From Gemmatimonadota bacterium (GTDB lineage: Bacteria; Gemmatimonadota; Gemmatimonadetes; JACCXV01; JAHWKZ01): 54,520 bases of DNA. Of the stretch, positions 46,317 to 54,520 are shown piece after piece. How positions within the stretch are numbered: position 1 is the stretch's first letter; each line of letters opens with the position of its first letter. Location of the stretch: positions 1 through 54,520 of the forward strand of contig DATLFF010000087.1 in NCBI GenBank assembly GCA_035524915.1, in the 5' to 3' direction. A program made the translations under genes and the position numbers. The notes beneath the pieces were generated by a model. That model was not told the DNA's origin and searched no databases. It worked only from the letters and a program-made list of their open reading frames with translations.

Positions 46317-46754
46317 GATGGGAACCTAGAGAGCGCCCCCGCGGGGCCGCAACCGGGTCCCTCCGGTTCCGCGATTTGCGAAGTCCGGGGGTACGGCCGG
46401 GTCTCCTCTCCACCAGGCGACGGTATCCGGCCGTCCCGATCGCTCCCTTCCCTTCCAACCGTTACGGAAGCGCGCTTTCGTCCGAGTGGAAGCGGGATGC
46501 CATTCACGGCATTCCACTTCTACCAATGAGCATCCTCCTTCCTCGATCGTGGAACTCCAGCCGGAAAACCGGCCTGCCGACTCCCCTCCGGATCTCCCCC
46601 ACGCCTCACACGCGGTACGGGGGGTGCGCTGAGGGAGGGCGCCGCGGAATCGCAACTCGAACCGCAACGCCCAACGGATGGCAGGCCAAGAATGATCCCG
46701 ACGAAACCCGCCTCAAGACCGCCTCGCATCGCGAGCCCGACTACCTTGATCCGC

Positions 46755-49202
46755 ATGCTCACTCCGCTTCTCATTGCCTGCGCGTTCGCCGCGTGCGGCG
46801 GCGGGAGCCCGACCGGCACCGCCACCGCTTCTCCGCGCATCGCGTCCGTCATCGTCGTCCCGGGCGTAGCCTCACTCGGGCCGACCCAGTCGCTCCAGTT
46901 CACCGCCGACGTCCGCGACGCGGACGGCCGTCCCGTCTCGGCCCCGATCACGTGGCAGGCGACCGGCGGCAACATCAACGGCACCGGCCTCTACGTCGCC
47001 GGCTCGCAGGACGGCGAGTACGAGGTGCGCGCCATGTCGATCGGCCAGGTCATCGGCCTGGCCAAGATCCGCATCGACTCGCTGCTATCGCGCAACCCCG
47101 GCAATCCCGACGCGCCCGGTGGCGGGGACGGCGGCCAGGGCGCCCAGGCCGCGACCCTCACGATTTCGCCCACGTCGGTCACCCTCGAGACGGGTGCCTC
47201 GACTCAGTTCTCCGTCGACCTTCGCGACTCCGAGGGCCGCGCTCTGTCCGATCCAGTGACCTGGACCGCCACCGGCGGCAGCGTCACGTCGACCGGGTTC
47301 TTCGCCGCCGGCACGACGCCCGGAAGCTTCCAGGTGACCGCCAGCGCGGCCGGGCTCACGGCCACCGCCAGCGCCACCGTGCAGGCCCGACCGGGCGACG
47401 TCTACCTGGTGGTCGGCAACGGGAGCGCCCTGAACGGCTCCGAGCGCGTCATCCGCGACCGCCTGGCCACTCGTGTCGGCGCCGTCACGGTCCTCGACGA
47501 CGACGCCCTCACGGCCACCGCGACCAGCGGCTGCCGACTGATCGTGATGAGCAAGACCATCCAGTCCGAGACGGTGGGCAGCAAGCTCAAGGGCGCCTCC
47601 TGCGGCGTGGTCTTCTGGGAAGACAATCAGCAGATGCTCTCGATGATGGCCACGGTGCCCAACAACGGCTCGGGCGGCACGAACTGGCAGAGCTCGGGCG
47701 AGACCGTGTACGTGCGGACCGACGTGCCGTCGGAGCTTCGCGCCGGCCTCGCCGGCGGCGTCCGGCTCTACAGCGGGTCGGCCGAGATCACTCACTCTCC
47801 GTCCGGCGACGCGCTGCCCTCCGGGGCGGTCGTGATCGCCGAGATGTACCAGGGCTCGAGCCGCAAGGCGATCTACGTGTACGAGAAGGGCTCGAGACTC
47901 GCCGACGGCACATCCGCCGCCGGCCGGCGCACCTATTTCGGCATCTACGACGACACCTTCGGCCAGCTTTCCTCCGAAGGCCTGCGCCTCTTCGACGCCG
48001 CGGTGGACTGGACGTCGGGGAAGATCGCCACCAGCCCGTCGCCGCAGAGCCCCTCGGCGACGCCTCCGCCTGCGCCCGCGCCCCCGCCCACCGATCCCAC
48101 GCCTTCGGGCGTGGCCGTGCAGCCCGGCGAGAGCATCCAGGCGGCAGTGAACGCCAATCCTTCGGGCACGACCTTCGTGATCAAGGCCGGCGTCCACCGC
48201 CGCCAGCGCATCGAGCCCAAGGACAACACGACGTTCGTGGGCGAGTCCGGCGCCGTGCTGGACGGCGAGAACTCCACCGACTTCGCCTTCCTGGGGACCG
48301 CCCGTGGCGTGACGATCCGCAACCTCGTGATCGAGCGCTACGTCCCCGGCGTGCAGATGGGGGCGATCAAGGCGGGCGACCACGACGCGTCGCGGAACTC
48401 CGACGGCTGGCTCGTCGAGGACAACGAAATCCGATACAACGACGGCGGCGGCGTCCGCATCGGGCACCGGATGGTGCTCCGAGACAACTACATCCATCAC
48501 AACGAGCAGATCGGCGTGGTCGGCGTGGGCGACGACGTGCTCGTCGAAGGCAACGAGATCTCGTACAACAACTTCAACCGCAAGCACGACTACGGCTGGG
48601 AAGCCGGCGGAACGAAGTTCGTGAAGACCCGGAACCTCGTGGTGCGCAACAACCACGTGCACAACAACTGGGGCCCCGGCCTGTGGACCGACATCGACAA
48701 CATCGACACGCTGTACGAGGGGAACCTGGTCGAGGACAATGCCGACACGGGGATCTTCCACGAGATCAGCTACCGCGCGACCATCCGGAACAACACGGTC
48801 CGCCGCAACGGGTACGACCGCGTCGGCGCGTGGGCCTACGGCGCCGGGATTCTGATCGCGCACTCCCCCGACGTCGAGGTCCACGACAACGTGGTCGAGG
48901 ACAACCAGAACGGCATCATGGGAGTCCAGCAGAACCGCGGCAGCGGGGCCTACGGGGCCCACGAGCTCCGGAACCTCAACGTACACGACAACACAGTGGT
49001 CCAGAAGTCCAAGCAGTGGGCCGCGGGAGTCGCCCAGGACGTCGGTGACTCCGGCGTCTTCGGCCGCAACATCGTCTTCTCCGCCAACCGGTACACGCTG
49101 GGCTCCACTTCGGGCCGCTGGTTCGAGTGGGAGAACGGTCAGCGGACGACGGACCAGTGGAAGGCGTACGGCCACGACACGGGAGGCTCCTTCAGCTTCT
49201 AG
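46755..49202 (+). CDS. multidomain lipoprotein: 2x Ig-like (Big_2-type) + unrecognised ~205-aa domain + right-handed parallel beta-helix
   Basis: Track ORF 46692..49202. ATG 46755 gives the lipobox signal MLTPLLIACAFAAC. Two Big_2-like repeats (LQFTADVRDADGRPVSAPITWQATGG and TQFSVDLRDSEGRALSDPVTWTATGG), a middle domain with no family I recognise, a Pro-rich linker, then PbH1-like repeats (NEIRYNDGGGVRIG, NYIHHNEQIGVVG, NHVHNNWGPGLWTDIDN, NVVEDNQNGI). Confidence 0.8.
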   Translation: MLTPLLIACAFAACGGGSPTGTATASPRIASVIVVPGVASLGPTQSLQFTADVRDADGRPVSAPITWQATGGNINGTGLYVAGSQDGEYEVRAMSIGQVIGLAKIRIDSLLSRNPGNPDAPGGGDGGQGAQAATLTISPTSVTLETGASTQFSVDLRDSEGRALSDPVTWTATGGSVTSTGFFAAGTTPGSFQVTASAAGLTATASATVQARPGDVYLVVGNGSALNGSERVIRDRLATRVGAVTVLDDDALTATATSGCRLIVMSKTIQSETVGSKLKGASCGVVFWEDNQQMLSMMATVPNNGSGGTNWQSSGETVYVRTDVPSELRAGLAGGVRLYSGSAEITHSPSGDALPSGAVVIAEMYQGSSRKAIYVYEKGSRLADGTSAAGRRTYFGIYDDTFGQLSSEGLRLFDAAVDWTSGKIATSPSPQSPSATPPPAPAPPPTDPTPSGVAVQPGESIQAAVNANPSGTTFVIKAGVHRRQRIEPKDNTTFVGESGAVLDGENSTDFAFLGTARGVTIRNLVIERYVPGVQMGAIKAGDHDASRNSDGWLVEDNEIRYNDGGGVRIGHRMVLRDNYIHHNEQIGVVGVGDDVLVEGNEISYNNFNRKHDYGWEAGGTKFVKTRNLVVRNNHVHNNWGPGLWTDIDNIDTLYEGNLVEDNADTGIFHEISYRATIRNNTVRRNGYDRVGAWAYGAGILIAHSPDVEVHDNVVEDNQNGIMGVQQNRGSGAYGAHELRNLNVHDNTVVQKSKQWAAGVAQDVGDSGVFGRNIVFSANRYTLGSTSGRWFEWENGQRTTDQWKAYGHDTGGSFSF

Positions 49203-49229
49203 ATCGACTTCCGACCGTCGCTCCTCCCT

Positions 49230-49298
49230 GGGGGGCGGCCCCCGCTTCTCCCTGCCTCGTCGGGACTGGGAAAGCGGTGCGGCCGCCCCCCTCTTTTT
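49230..49298 (+). terminator. intrinsic terminator after the beta-helix lipoprotein gene
   Basis: Long hairpin: outer stem GGGGGGCGGCC (49230-49240) pairs with GGCCGCCCCCC (49281-49291), inner pairing CCGCTTCTCCC/GGGAAAGCGG, followed by TCTTTTT. Confidence 0.7.
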
Positions 49299-49389
49299 CG
49301 GTCCGCGCCTTCTCCCCGGCTCGGCGCTTGCAGTCCGTAGACTCCATGTGCCCCCAAAGCGTACCTTCTGACGACGTGGGTCTCGTAAC

Positions 49390-50688
49390 GTGAACTCCTG
49401 GTCCCGGATCCGAGCCCTGTGGGGACAGCGGCACGACGTGGCGGCCGGGCTGGTCGACGCCAGTCTGGCGTCGCTCGCCACGTTCGTCGTGGGAGTCTAC
49501 GCGGTACGGGCTCTCGATCCCGCGGTCCTGGGCGCCTACGCGCTGGTCTACCAAGCGATCTTCCTGGTCGGGATCGTCCCCGCCCAACTCGTCTTCCTGC
49601 CGGTCGAGATCGCCGTGATCGCGCGCCCGCTGGCGAGCCGGACGAGGTATCTCGCTCGATCGATCCGGGTGGGCCTGCCGATCGCCCTCGCCGCGGGTCT
49701 GGCGACCGTGATCTGGATCCCCGTGGCTCCCGCCGGCGTGCCCGACTCGGTGGTCTGGCCGCTCACGGCGAGCGGGATCGCGGCCGCCGCGCTCTCCCCG
49801 GTCCAGGACCACGCCCGGCGGATCCTCCACGCCGGCGGCCGCTCGTGGACGGCGGCGATCGTGTCCACCGTGCAGCTCGGGACGGTCGTCGCCGCCCTGG
49901 CGGTCTTCTCCGCGCGCGGGGTCGATGCCGCGTGGCTGCCGTTCGGGGCGCTCGCGCTGGCGAACCTGGCCTCGCTCCTGGTCGCCGCGGCGGGCGCCCA
50001 CCTGCGAACGGAGCGCGATCCGGTCGGTCTCGACCTCCGGTTCGCCCAGCTCGCCCTCGGGGGCCGCTGGCTTCTCGGCGGGGGGCTGCTGAGCCCGGCC
50101 AGCGGCTTTGCCGCCGCCGCGGTCGTTTCGCAGCTGGCGGGAGCGGCCGCGCTGGGGTACGCCGAGGCGGCCCGGGTGGTGGCCCAGCCGGTCTGGGTGC
50201 TGGCGGTGGGGCTCTCCTCGGTGTTCGGCCCGCGTTCGATGGAGGCGGCCCTCCACAGGCGGCGATGGAAGGCCCTCGGGCTCCGCCGCATCTACATCTT
50301 CTCGGTGCTCGTCGTGGGAGCGATCAACGTGGCATGGCTCGGCGCCGCGTGGGCCCTCAACCCGCTCGCCTGGCTGATGCCGGCGGCGTACGTCGTTCCG
50401 GGCCTGGTGGCCGCCTCGATCGCGGCCCAGAGCCTCGGGGCTACGATGTTCCCGTATCGCAGCGAGCTGCTCGGCGGCCGGCGCGAGTCGTCGTTCACCC
50501 GGGTGGAGGGGATCGGAGCCGTCGCCCGCGTGGCCGCGTCCGTCTCCGCCCTGTCCATCCACGCCTTCGCGATCCCGCTCGGGAACCTGGTGGTCGCGGT
50601 CGTCCGCTGGATCGGCTTCCGGAATGCGCTGGAGAGGATGTACCGGACGCCGGCGCCTACCGCGGCGACGCCCGTCGTGGCCGACTAA
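49390..50688 (+). CDS. polysaccharide-biosynthesis/MOP-type flippase-like membrane protein
   Basis: ORF 49390..50688 (GTG start). 432 aa and hydrophobic throughout, with roughly 12 predicted TM segments. Assigned by topology and context rather than by strong motifs. Confidence 0.65.
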   Translation: MNSWSRIRALWGQRHDVAAGLVDASLASLATFVVGVYAVRALDPAVLGAYALVYQAIFLVGIVPAQLVFLPVEIAVIARPLASRTRYLARSIRVGLPIALAAGLATVIWIPVAPAGVPDSVVWPLTASGIAAAALSPVQDHARRILHAGGRSWTAAIVSTVQLGTVVAALAVFSARGVDAAWLPFGALALANLASLLVAAAGAHLRTERDPVGLDLRFAQLALGGRWLLGGGLLSPASGFAAAAVVSQLAGAAALGYAEAARVVAQPVWVLAVGLSSVFGPRSMEAALHRRRWKALGLRRIYIFSVLVVGAINVAWLGAAWALNPLAWLMPAAYVVPGLVAASIAAQSLGATMFPYRSELLGGRRESSFTRVEGIGAVARVAASVSALSIHAFAIPLGNLVVAVVRWIGFRNALERMYRTPAPTAATPVVAD

Positions 50689-51464
50689 TCCGCGTGGACC
50701 GGCCCGTCCGCACCGGGGCTCTCCGGGCGCGTGACGGTCTGACCGCCGTCGACGACCAGCACCTGCCCGGTGACGTGATTCAGCAGCGTGGCCACCGCCA
50801 GGAACGCGCGGGCCACGTCCTCCGGCGTGCCGAGCCGTCCGAGCGCCGTTCCCGCCTCCAGCCGCTCGAAGTGCCCGGGCACGTGTCCCCAGATCCGCTC
50901 GGTGCGCGGCGTTCGGATCGTCCCCGGAGCGACGACGTTGACCCGGATCCCTCGCCGGCCCAGCGGAACGGCCAGCGCCCGGGCCATCCCGATCAGGCCG
51001 GCCTTGGCCGCCGAGTAGGCCGGCATCCCGGCTCCCGTGAGGGCGTTGAACGACGAAGTGAACGTGATCGAGCGGTCCGCCTCCGGGGCCTCTTCCAGCC
51101 ACGGCAGGGTCCCCCGGAGGAGCGCGAACTGGGTGACGAGGTTGGCGTCCAGGGACTCGCGGAAGCGCTCGAGCGGGAGGGCCCCGGGGTCCTCCTGGGT
51201 CCGCGGCTCCTCGGGCAGCGCGCCCCCCGCCACGCCGATCACGTGCAGCAGCCGCCCGACGTGGCGCGCCTCGTCGAGGACGCCCGCCAGCGCGGCCTCG
51301 TCGGCCAGGTCGGCGCGAAAGCCGACGTAGCCCTCCCCCAGGGTGGACTCGACGGCGGCGTCGCGGTCGATCCCCACCACGGCGAATCCCGCCTCCAGGA
51401 AGGCCCGGGCGGTCGCCGCGCCGATGGCGCCGGCGGCGCCTGTCACGAGGACGACGTCTCTCAC
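50685..51464 (-). CDS. SDR family oxidoreductase
   Basis: GTG 51464 overlaps the upstream stop as GTGA. Motifs VTGAAGAIGAATA, catalytic YSAAKAG and VNVVAPGTIRTP. The upstream part of track ORF 50685..53213 is an artefact. Confidence 0.85.
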   Translation of the reverse strand: MRDVVLVTGAAGAIGAATARAFLEAGFAVVGIDRDAAVESTLGEGYVGFRADLADEAALAGVLDEARHVGRLLHVIGVAGGALPEEPRTQEDPGALPLERFRESLDANLVTQFALLRGTLPWLEEAPEADRSITFTSSFNALTGAGMPAYSAAKAGLIGMARALAVPLGRRGIRVNVVAPGTIRTPRTERIWGHVPGHFERLEAGTALGRLGTPEDVARAFLAVATLLNHVTGQVLVVDGGQTVTRPESPGADGPVHAD

Positions 51465-52255
51465 GGCAACACCGTGTGGCCCGGCGCGCGCCGGACCGCC
51501 TCCAGCCACGCGTCGACGTCGCCGGGCAGTCGCCGGTCCCGCTCGCGGATCACCTGCAGGATCGGACAGCGCTTCTTGGTGACCTGGCCGAACCACAGCC
51601 GTCCCAGGGAGGTCTGCGGCTCGGCCAGCGAGCGGACGAGCGACCACGCCTCGACCGCCACCAGGGAGGACCGGCTCCAGTTCCCGGCGACCACCGCGTC
51701 GACGGCCCGCTGCACGGCCCCGCGCGCCGGCCCGAACAGCTCCGCGCCCCGCCGGACGCCTTCGGGATCGCTCCGCAGGAGCTCCACCACACGCTTGGCC
51801 TCGAGCCCCGCCTCGTCCTTTCGCCCGCCGGGCCGCATCCCGTTGTAGACCAGCTTCAGCACCCCTTCGGCCCCGGGCCGAATGCGGCGGAAGCCGCGCT
51901 CGTCCATCTCCGCCAGCTCCAGCAGCTCGGGAACGTCCATCAGGCCGAACCCGCGGAAGGTGGCGAGCATCTTCACGTCGAACTGGACCAGCCACGGCGA
52001 GCCCGGCTCGAGCGCCACGAAATGCGGTCCCTGCGGGACGTGCCGGCAGACGATCGCGGGGCCGAGCCCGGACTCGCGGGCCCAGGCGCGCCAGGTGCGG
52101 GCGATGGCGGGCCAGTCCTCGGGCGGGGCGAACGAATCGACGTCGCCGTGGCCGGAGAGCGCCGACTCCACGTTCTTCCAGACGGCCCAGCGGGGGAACT
52201 CCCGGGTCACCCGCTGGAGGAGGGGGATCCAGAGCGCGGAGCGATCCACGGTCAC
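51461..52255 (-). CDS. hypothetical protein, possibly a Pol-beta-superfamily nucleotidyltransferase fold
   Basis: GTG 52255 overlaps the glycosyltransferase stop as GTGA. 264 aa. The only hint of function is an NTase-like LSGHGDVDSF (G-x-GDxD) motif near the N-terminus. Confidence 0.55.
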   Translation of the reverse strand: MTVDRSALWIPLLQRVTREFPRWAVWKNVESALSGHGDVDSFAPPEDWPAIARTWRAWARESGLGPAIVCRHVPQGPHFVALEPGSPWLVQFDVKMLATFRGFGLMDVPELLELAEMDERGFRRIRPGAEGVLKLVYNGMRPGGRKDEAGLEAKRVVELLRSDPEGVRRGAELFGPARGAVQRAVDAVVAGNWSRSSLVAVEAWSLVRSLAEPQTSLGRLWFGQVTKKRCPILQVIRERDRRLPGDVDAWLEAVRRAPGHTVLP

Positions 52256-53412
52256 AGGAGGGACCGGACCTGTGCCAGCCACGACCGCGCCACCTGGCTC
52301 CAGGTGAACTCGTCGCGGACCAGGCGTGCGGCCCGATCGCCGATCCCGCGCGCCTCCGGGGCGAGGAGCCGCCGCATGCCGTCCGCCAGGGCGTCGGGAT
52401 CGGCGGCGGCGAGGACGGCCGCCCCCCGCTCGGCCAGGTAGTGTCCCAGCGGATACGGCGTGACCAGGAGCGGAACCCCCACCGAGGCCGCCTCGGCGGC
52501 CGCGTTCCCGAATCCCTCCCAGCGGGACGGGTAGGCGAATCCCGCGGCCCGGGCGAGGAGACCGTACTTCTCGTCCCCGTGCACCGGCTCGCCCACCGTG
52601 ACCCACGGCTCCAGCTCGAGATCCGCCACCAGGGCGCGGATCCGCGCCTTTCCCCCGGCCCGGGAGTCCGGCCCGTGGAGCCGGACCGGCGGCCGCTCGG
52701 CCGGGTCCAGGCGGTGGATCGCCCCCAGCAGGAGGTCGATCCCCTTGTGCTCGGGATCGAACCGTCCGTACCACAGCACGTACCCGCCGCTGCCGCCGTC
52801 CCATCTGAACTCGTCGTGGATCTCCACCCCGTTGGGGGCCACGACGATCCCACCCCGGTACCCCAGGGCATCCAGGTGCGGCCGCTCGGACTCGAAGAAG
52901 ACGTGGATCCCCCGCGCGCCGTGAACCAGGCGCCGCTCCATAACGAGCCACCAGGCGAGCTTGCGCCACCGCTTCCGTCCCACGATGCAGGGGTCGTACG
53001 CGCCTCGCGGCTCGAGCAAGTACGGCACGCCCATTCGGCGCGCGACCGCGGCGGCGCGGACGTTGTGGAGCGCCCAGGCGGAGTGCAGCACCAGGACGTC
53101 GGCCCCTTCGAGGACCTCCTCGAGGCCCAGCGGTACAGGCCACGGCCGGCCCGCGTGGCGGACGGGGACGAGCCGCACGCCCGCCGGTGTGGCCGGAGGG
53201 GACCCGTCGGCATAGGCGATCACGATCTCCGCCCCCTCCCCGGCCAGCTCGAGGGAATGGTGCCAGACCGATCGGGTGATGCCCCCGTCCCCGACGATCG
53301 CGCGCGGATAGTACCGGACGATCCGCAGCGGCCGGGTGGACGGCCCCGGACGCGGGTCCGGAGCGGGTCGGGCGCGCGGGATCTCGGGAGAGGCGACGGG
53401 CATGGGATTCAC
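52252..53412 (-). CDS. glycosyltransferase, GT4-like (GT-B fold)
   Basis: ORF 52252..53412 (ATG 53403 is an alternative start). C-terminal GT1/GT4 signature YPSRWEGFGNAAAEAASVGVPLLV, with GKG-like YGRFDPEHKGIDLLL upstream. Confidence 0.85.
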   Translation of the reverse strand: MNPMPVASPEIPRARPAPDPRPGPSTRPLRIVRYYPRAIVGDGGITRSVWHHSLELAGEGAEIVIAYADGSPPATPAGVRLVPVRHAGRPWPVPLGLEEVLEGADVLVLHSAWALHNVRAAAVARRMGVPYLLEPRGAYDPCIVGRKRWRKLAWWLVMERRLVHGARGIHVFFESERPHLDALGYRGGIVVAPNGVEIHDEFRWDGGSGGYVLWYGRFDPEHKGIDLLLGAIHRLDPAERPPVRLHGPDSRAGGKARIRALVADLELEPWVTVGEPVHGDEKYGLLARAAGFAYPSRWEGFGNAAAEAASVGVPLLVTPYPLGHYLAERGAAVLAAADPDALADGMRRLLAPEARGIGDRAARLVRDEFTWSQVARSWLAQVRSLL

Positions 53413-53543
53413 TCGAGGTGCAATGTCCGTGCCCGGGCCGGGTCCTGCCAGCCCCCGCTCGGGCCCGCGCGGCCCGAATGTTGCAACCTCTGTCGGTGGG
53501 ACGCCGGGAAGCCGGACGTCCGACCCCTTTCCCGGGAGGCTCC

Positions 53544-54326
53544 TTGCGATTCGCAGCCCTGCTCTTCGTCCTGGTCCTCGCCGCTGGCGGCTCCGCCGCG
53601 TGCGACGAGTATCCCGCCGTCGTGGACAACGGCAACGGCGAGCCGGACCCCGGTCCGGGGCCGGATCCCGGTCCGGGTCCGGATCCCTCCCCCTCGCTCG
53701 GCCACATCCTCATTCTGGTGGGCAACCCCGGCGGGCTCAACGAGTCCGAGCGCATGCTCGAGACCCGGCTCCGCCGGTTCGACCGCGAGATCCGGATCCG
53801 CGACGACGACGGGTTCCAGTCCGACCACGCCGGAGGGTGCGACATCGTCGTGGTGAGCAAGACGGTCAGCTCCGACAAGGTGGGTTCGCGCCTCCGACCG
53901 GTCTCGTGCCCCGTCCTCTTCTGGGAGGACAACGCCCAGATGCCCCACATGCTGGCCACGATCCACAACGACGGCTCCGGCGGCACGGGCTGGCACGGCA
54001 CCGAGGACGACGTGTACGTGCGGCCGGACGCCCCGGCTTCCCTGCGCGCCGGCATCTCCGGCGAGCGCGACATCTACACGCGGCGGGACGAGATCACCTA
54101 CGCCCCCCGCGGCGATCTGGTCGAGGACGCGATCGTGGTCGCCGAGTTCGACGAGGAGGGCGGTCATCCGGTGATCTACGCGCTCGAGCAGGGCGCGCGG
54201 CTGTCCGACGGCACGTCGGCGGCGGGCCGGCGGGTCTACTTCGGGCTCTACGACGATACGTTCCGGCTGCTGACTCCCGACGGGCTCGCACTCTTCGACG
54301 CGGCAGTGGCCTGGGCGCTCCGCTGA
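53544..54326 (+). CDS. lipoprotein carrying the same unrecognised ~205-aa domain as the 46755 gene
   Basis: TTG 53544 lies 4 nt after GGGAGG and gives the lipobox signal (M)RFAALLFVLVLAAGGSAAC. A (PDPGPG)n linker follows, then a domain I align by eye at roughly half identity to aa 236-442 of ORF 46692 (FWEDN.QM, NDGSGGT.W, DGTSAAGRR.YFG.YDDTF, LFDAAV.W). Confidence 0.7.
   Translation: MRFAALLFVLVLAAGGSAACDEYPAVVDNGNGEPDPGPGPDPGPGPDPSPSLGHILILVGNPGGLNESERMLETRLRRFDREIRIRDDDGFQSDHAGGCDIVVVSKTVSSDKVGSRLRPVSCPVLFWEDNAQMPHMLATIHNDGSGGTGWHGTEDDVYVRPDAPASLRAGISGERDIYTRRDEITYAPRGDLVEDAIVVAEFDEEGGHPVIYALEQGARLSDGTSAAGRRVYFGLYDDTFRLLTPDGLALFDAAVAWALR
53643..53687 (+). repeat. 18-nt tandem repeat (about 2.5 copies) encoding a PDPGPG linker
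   Basis: CCGGACCCCGGTCCGGGG / CCGGATCCCGGTCCGGGT / CCGGATCCC read directly from the sequence. It lies in-frame inside the 53544 lipoprotein gene. Confidence 0.7.
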
Positions 54327-54520
54327 GCCGGAGCCACCGCGTCCGCCGCCACCCCCAGGAAGTACGCCAGCCAGGTCCCGATCCCCAGCAGCTTGAGGCC
54401 CTCCTCCGTCAGGTAGTACCACTGCGGTGAAGGGACCGGCTCGACCAGGTCCATCCCGATCGACGCGGCGAAGAGCGCCAGCGCCGCGCCGCACCCCGCC
54501 GGGGACTCCGCCAGCAGAGC
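54248..54520 (-). CDS. possible C-terminal part of a membrane protein (5' end outside the window)
   Basis: Minus-strand frame is open from the window end to the stop at 54248, with hydrophobic segments (GAALALFAASIG, LLGIGTWLAYFLGV). It would overlap the convergent lipoprotein gene by 79 nt. Weak evidence only. Confidence 0.3.
   Translation of the reverse strand, partial: ALLAESPAGCGAALALFAASIGMDLVEPVPSPQWYYLTEEGLKLLGIGTWLAYFLGVAADAVAPAQRSAQATAASKSASPSGVSSRNVSS

Overview
Very GC-rich, tightly packed bacterial chromosomal segment from a diderm-type organism (Omp85-family barrel, lipobox lipoproteins, SPOR protein). I support about 50 protein genes and 3 tRNAs, and almost all are core housekeeping genes. 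They sit in long co-directional minus-strand arrays: (1) der-plsY-gpsA-MerR; (2) yicC-gmk-rpoZ-coaBC-udg-dnaB-radA, then PIN/TRAM-ispD-ispF-thrC-larC-TPR; (3) SLT-hyp-VanZ-aspS-phoH-pgpH-ybeY-corC-corC-mgtE-recO-selB-SPOR-FlgD_Ig. Many neighbouring genes are joined by 4-nt NTGA start/stop overlaps. Most long ORFs in the supplied track are alternate-frame or antisense artefacts of the high GC content, so I re-derived real starts from conserved N-termini, SD motifs and stop/start overlaps. Main observations: (a) dnaB is interrupted by two LAGLIDADG inteins, and one carries an extra XRE-type HTH inserted in its endonuclease domain. (b) metH has a structured leader of roughly 200 nt ending in an intrinsic terminator just before the start codon; it looks like a riboswitch or attenuator, but I could not assign a class. 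(c) Several genes seem to need non-ATG/GTG starts (CTG, TTG, possibly ATA). (d) The only accessory-looking part is a glycan-type locus at 46.7-54.3 kb, bracketed by two lipoproteins that share an unrecognised domain of about 205 aa. I saw no CRISPR array, transposase, integrase, prophage or recognisable defence genes. I cannot confidently claim a new system; the best candidates are listed with modest interest scores.
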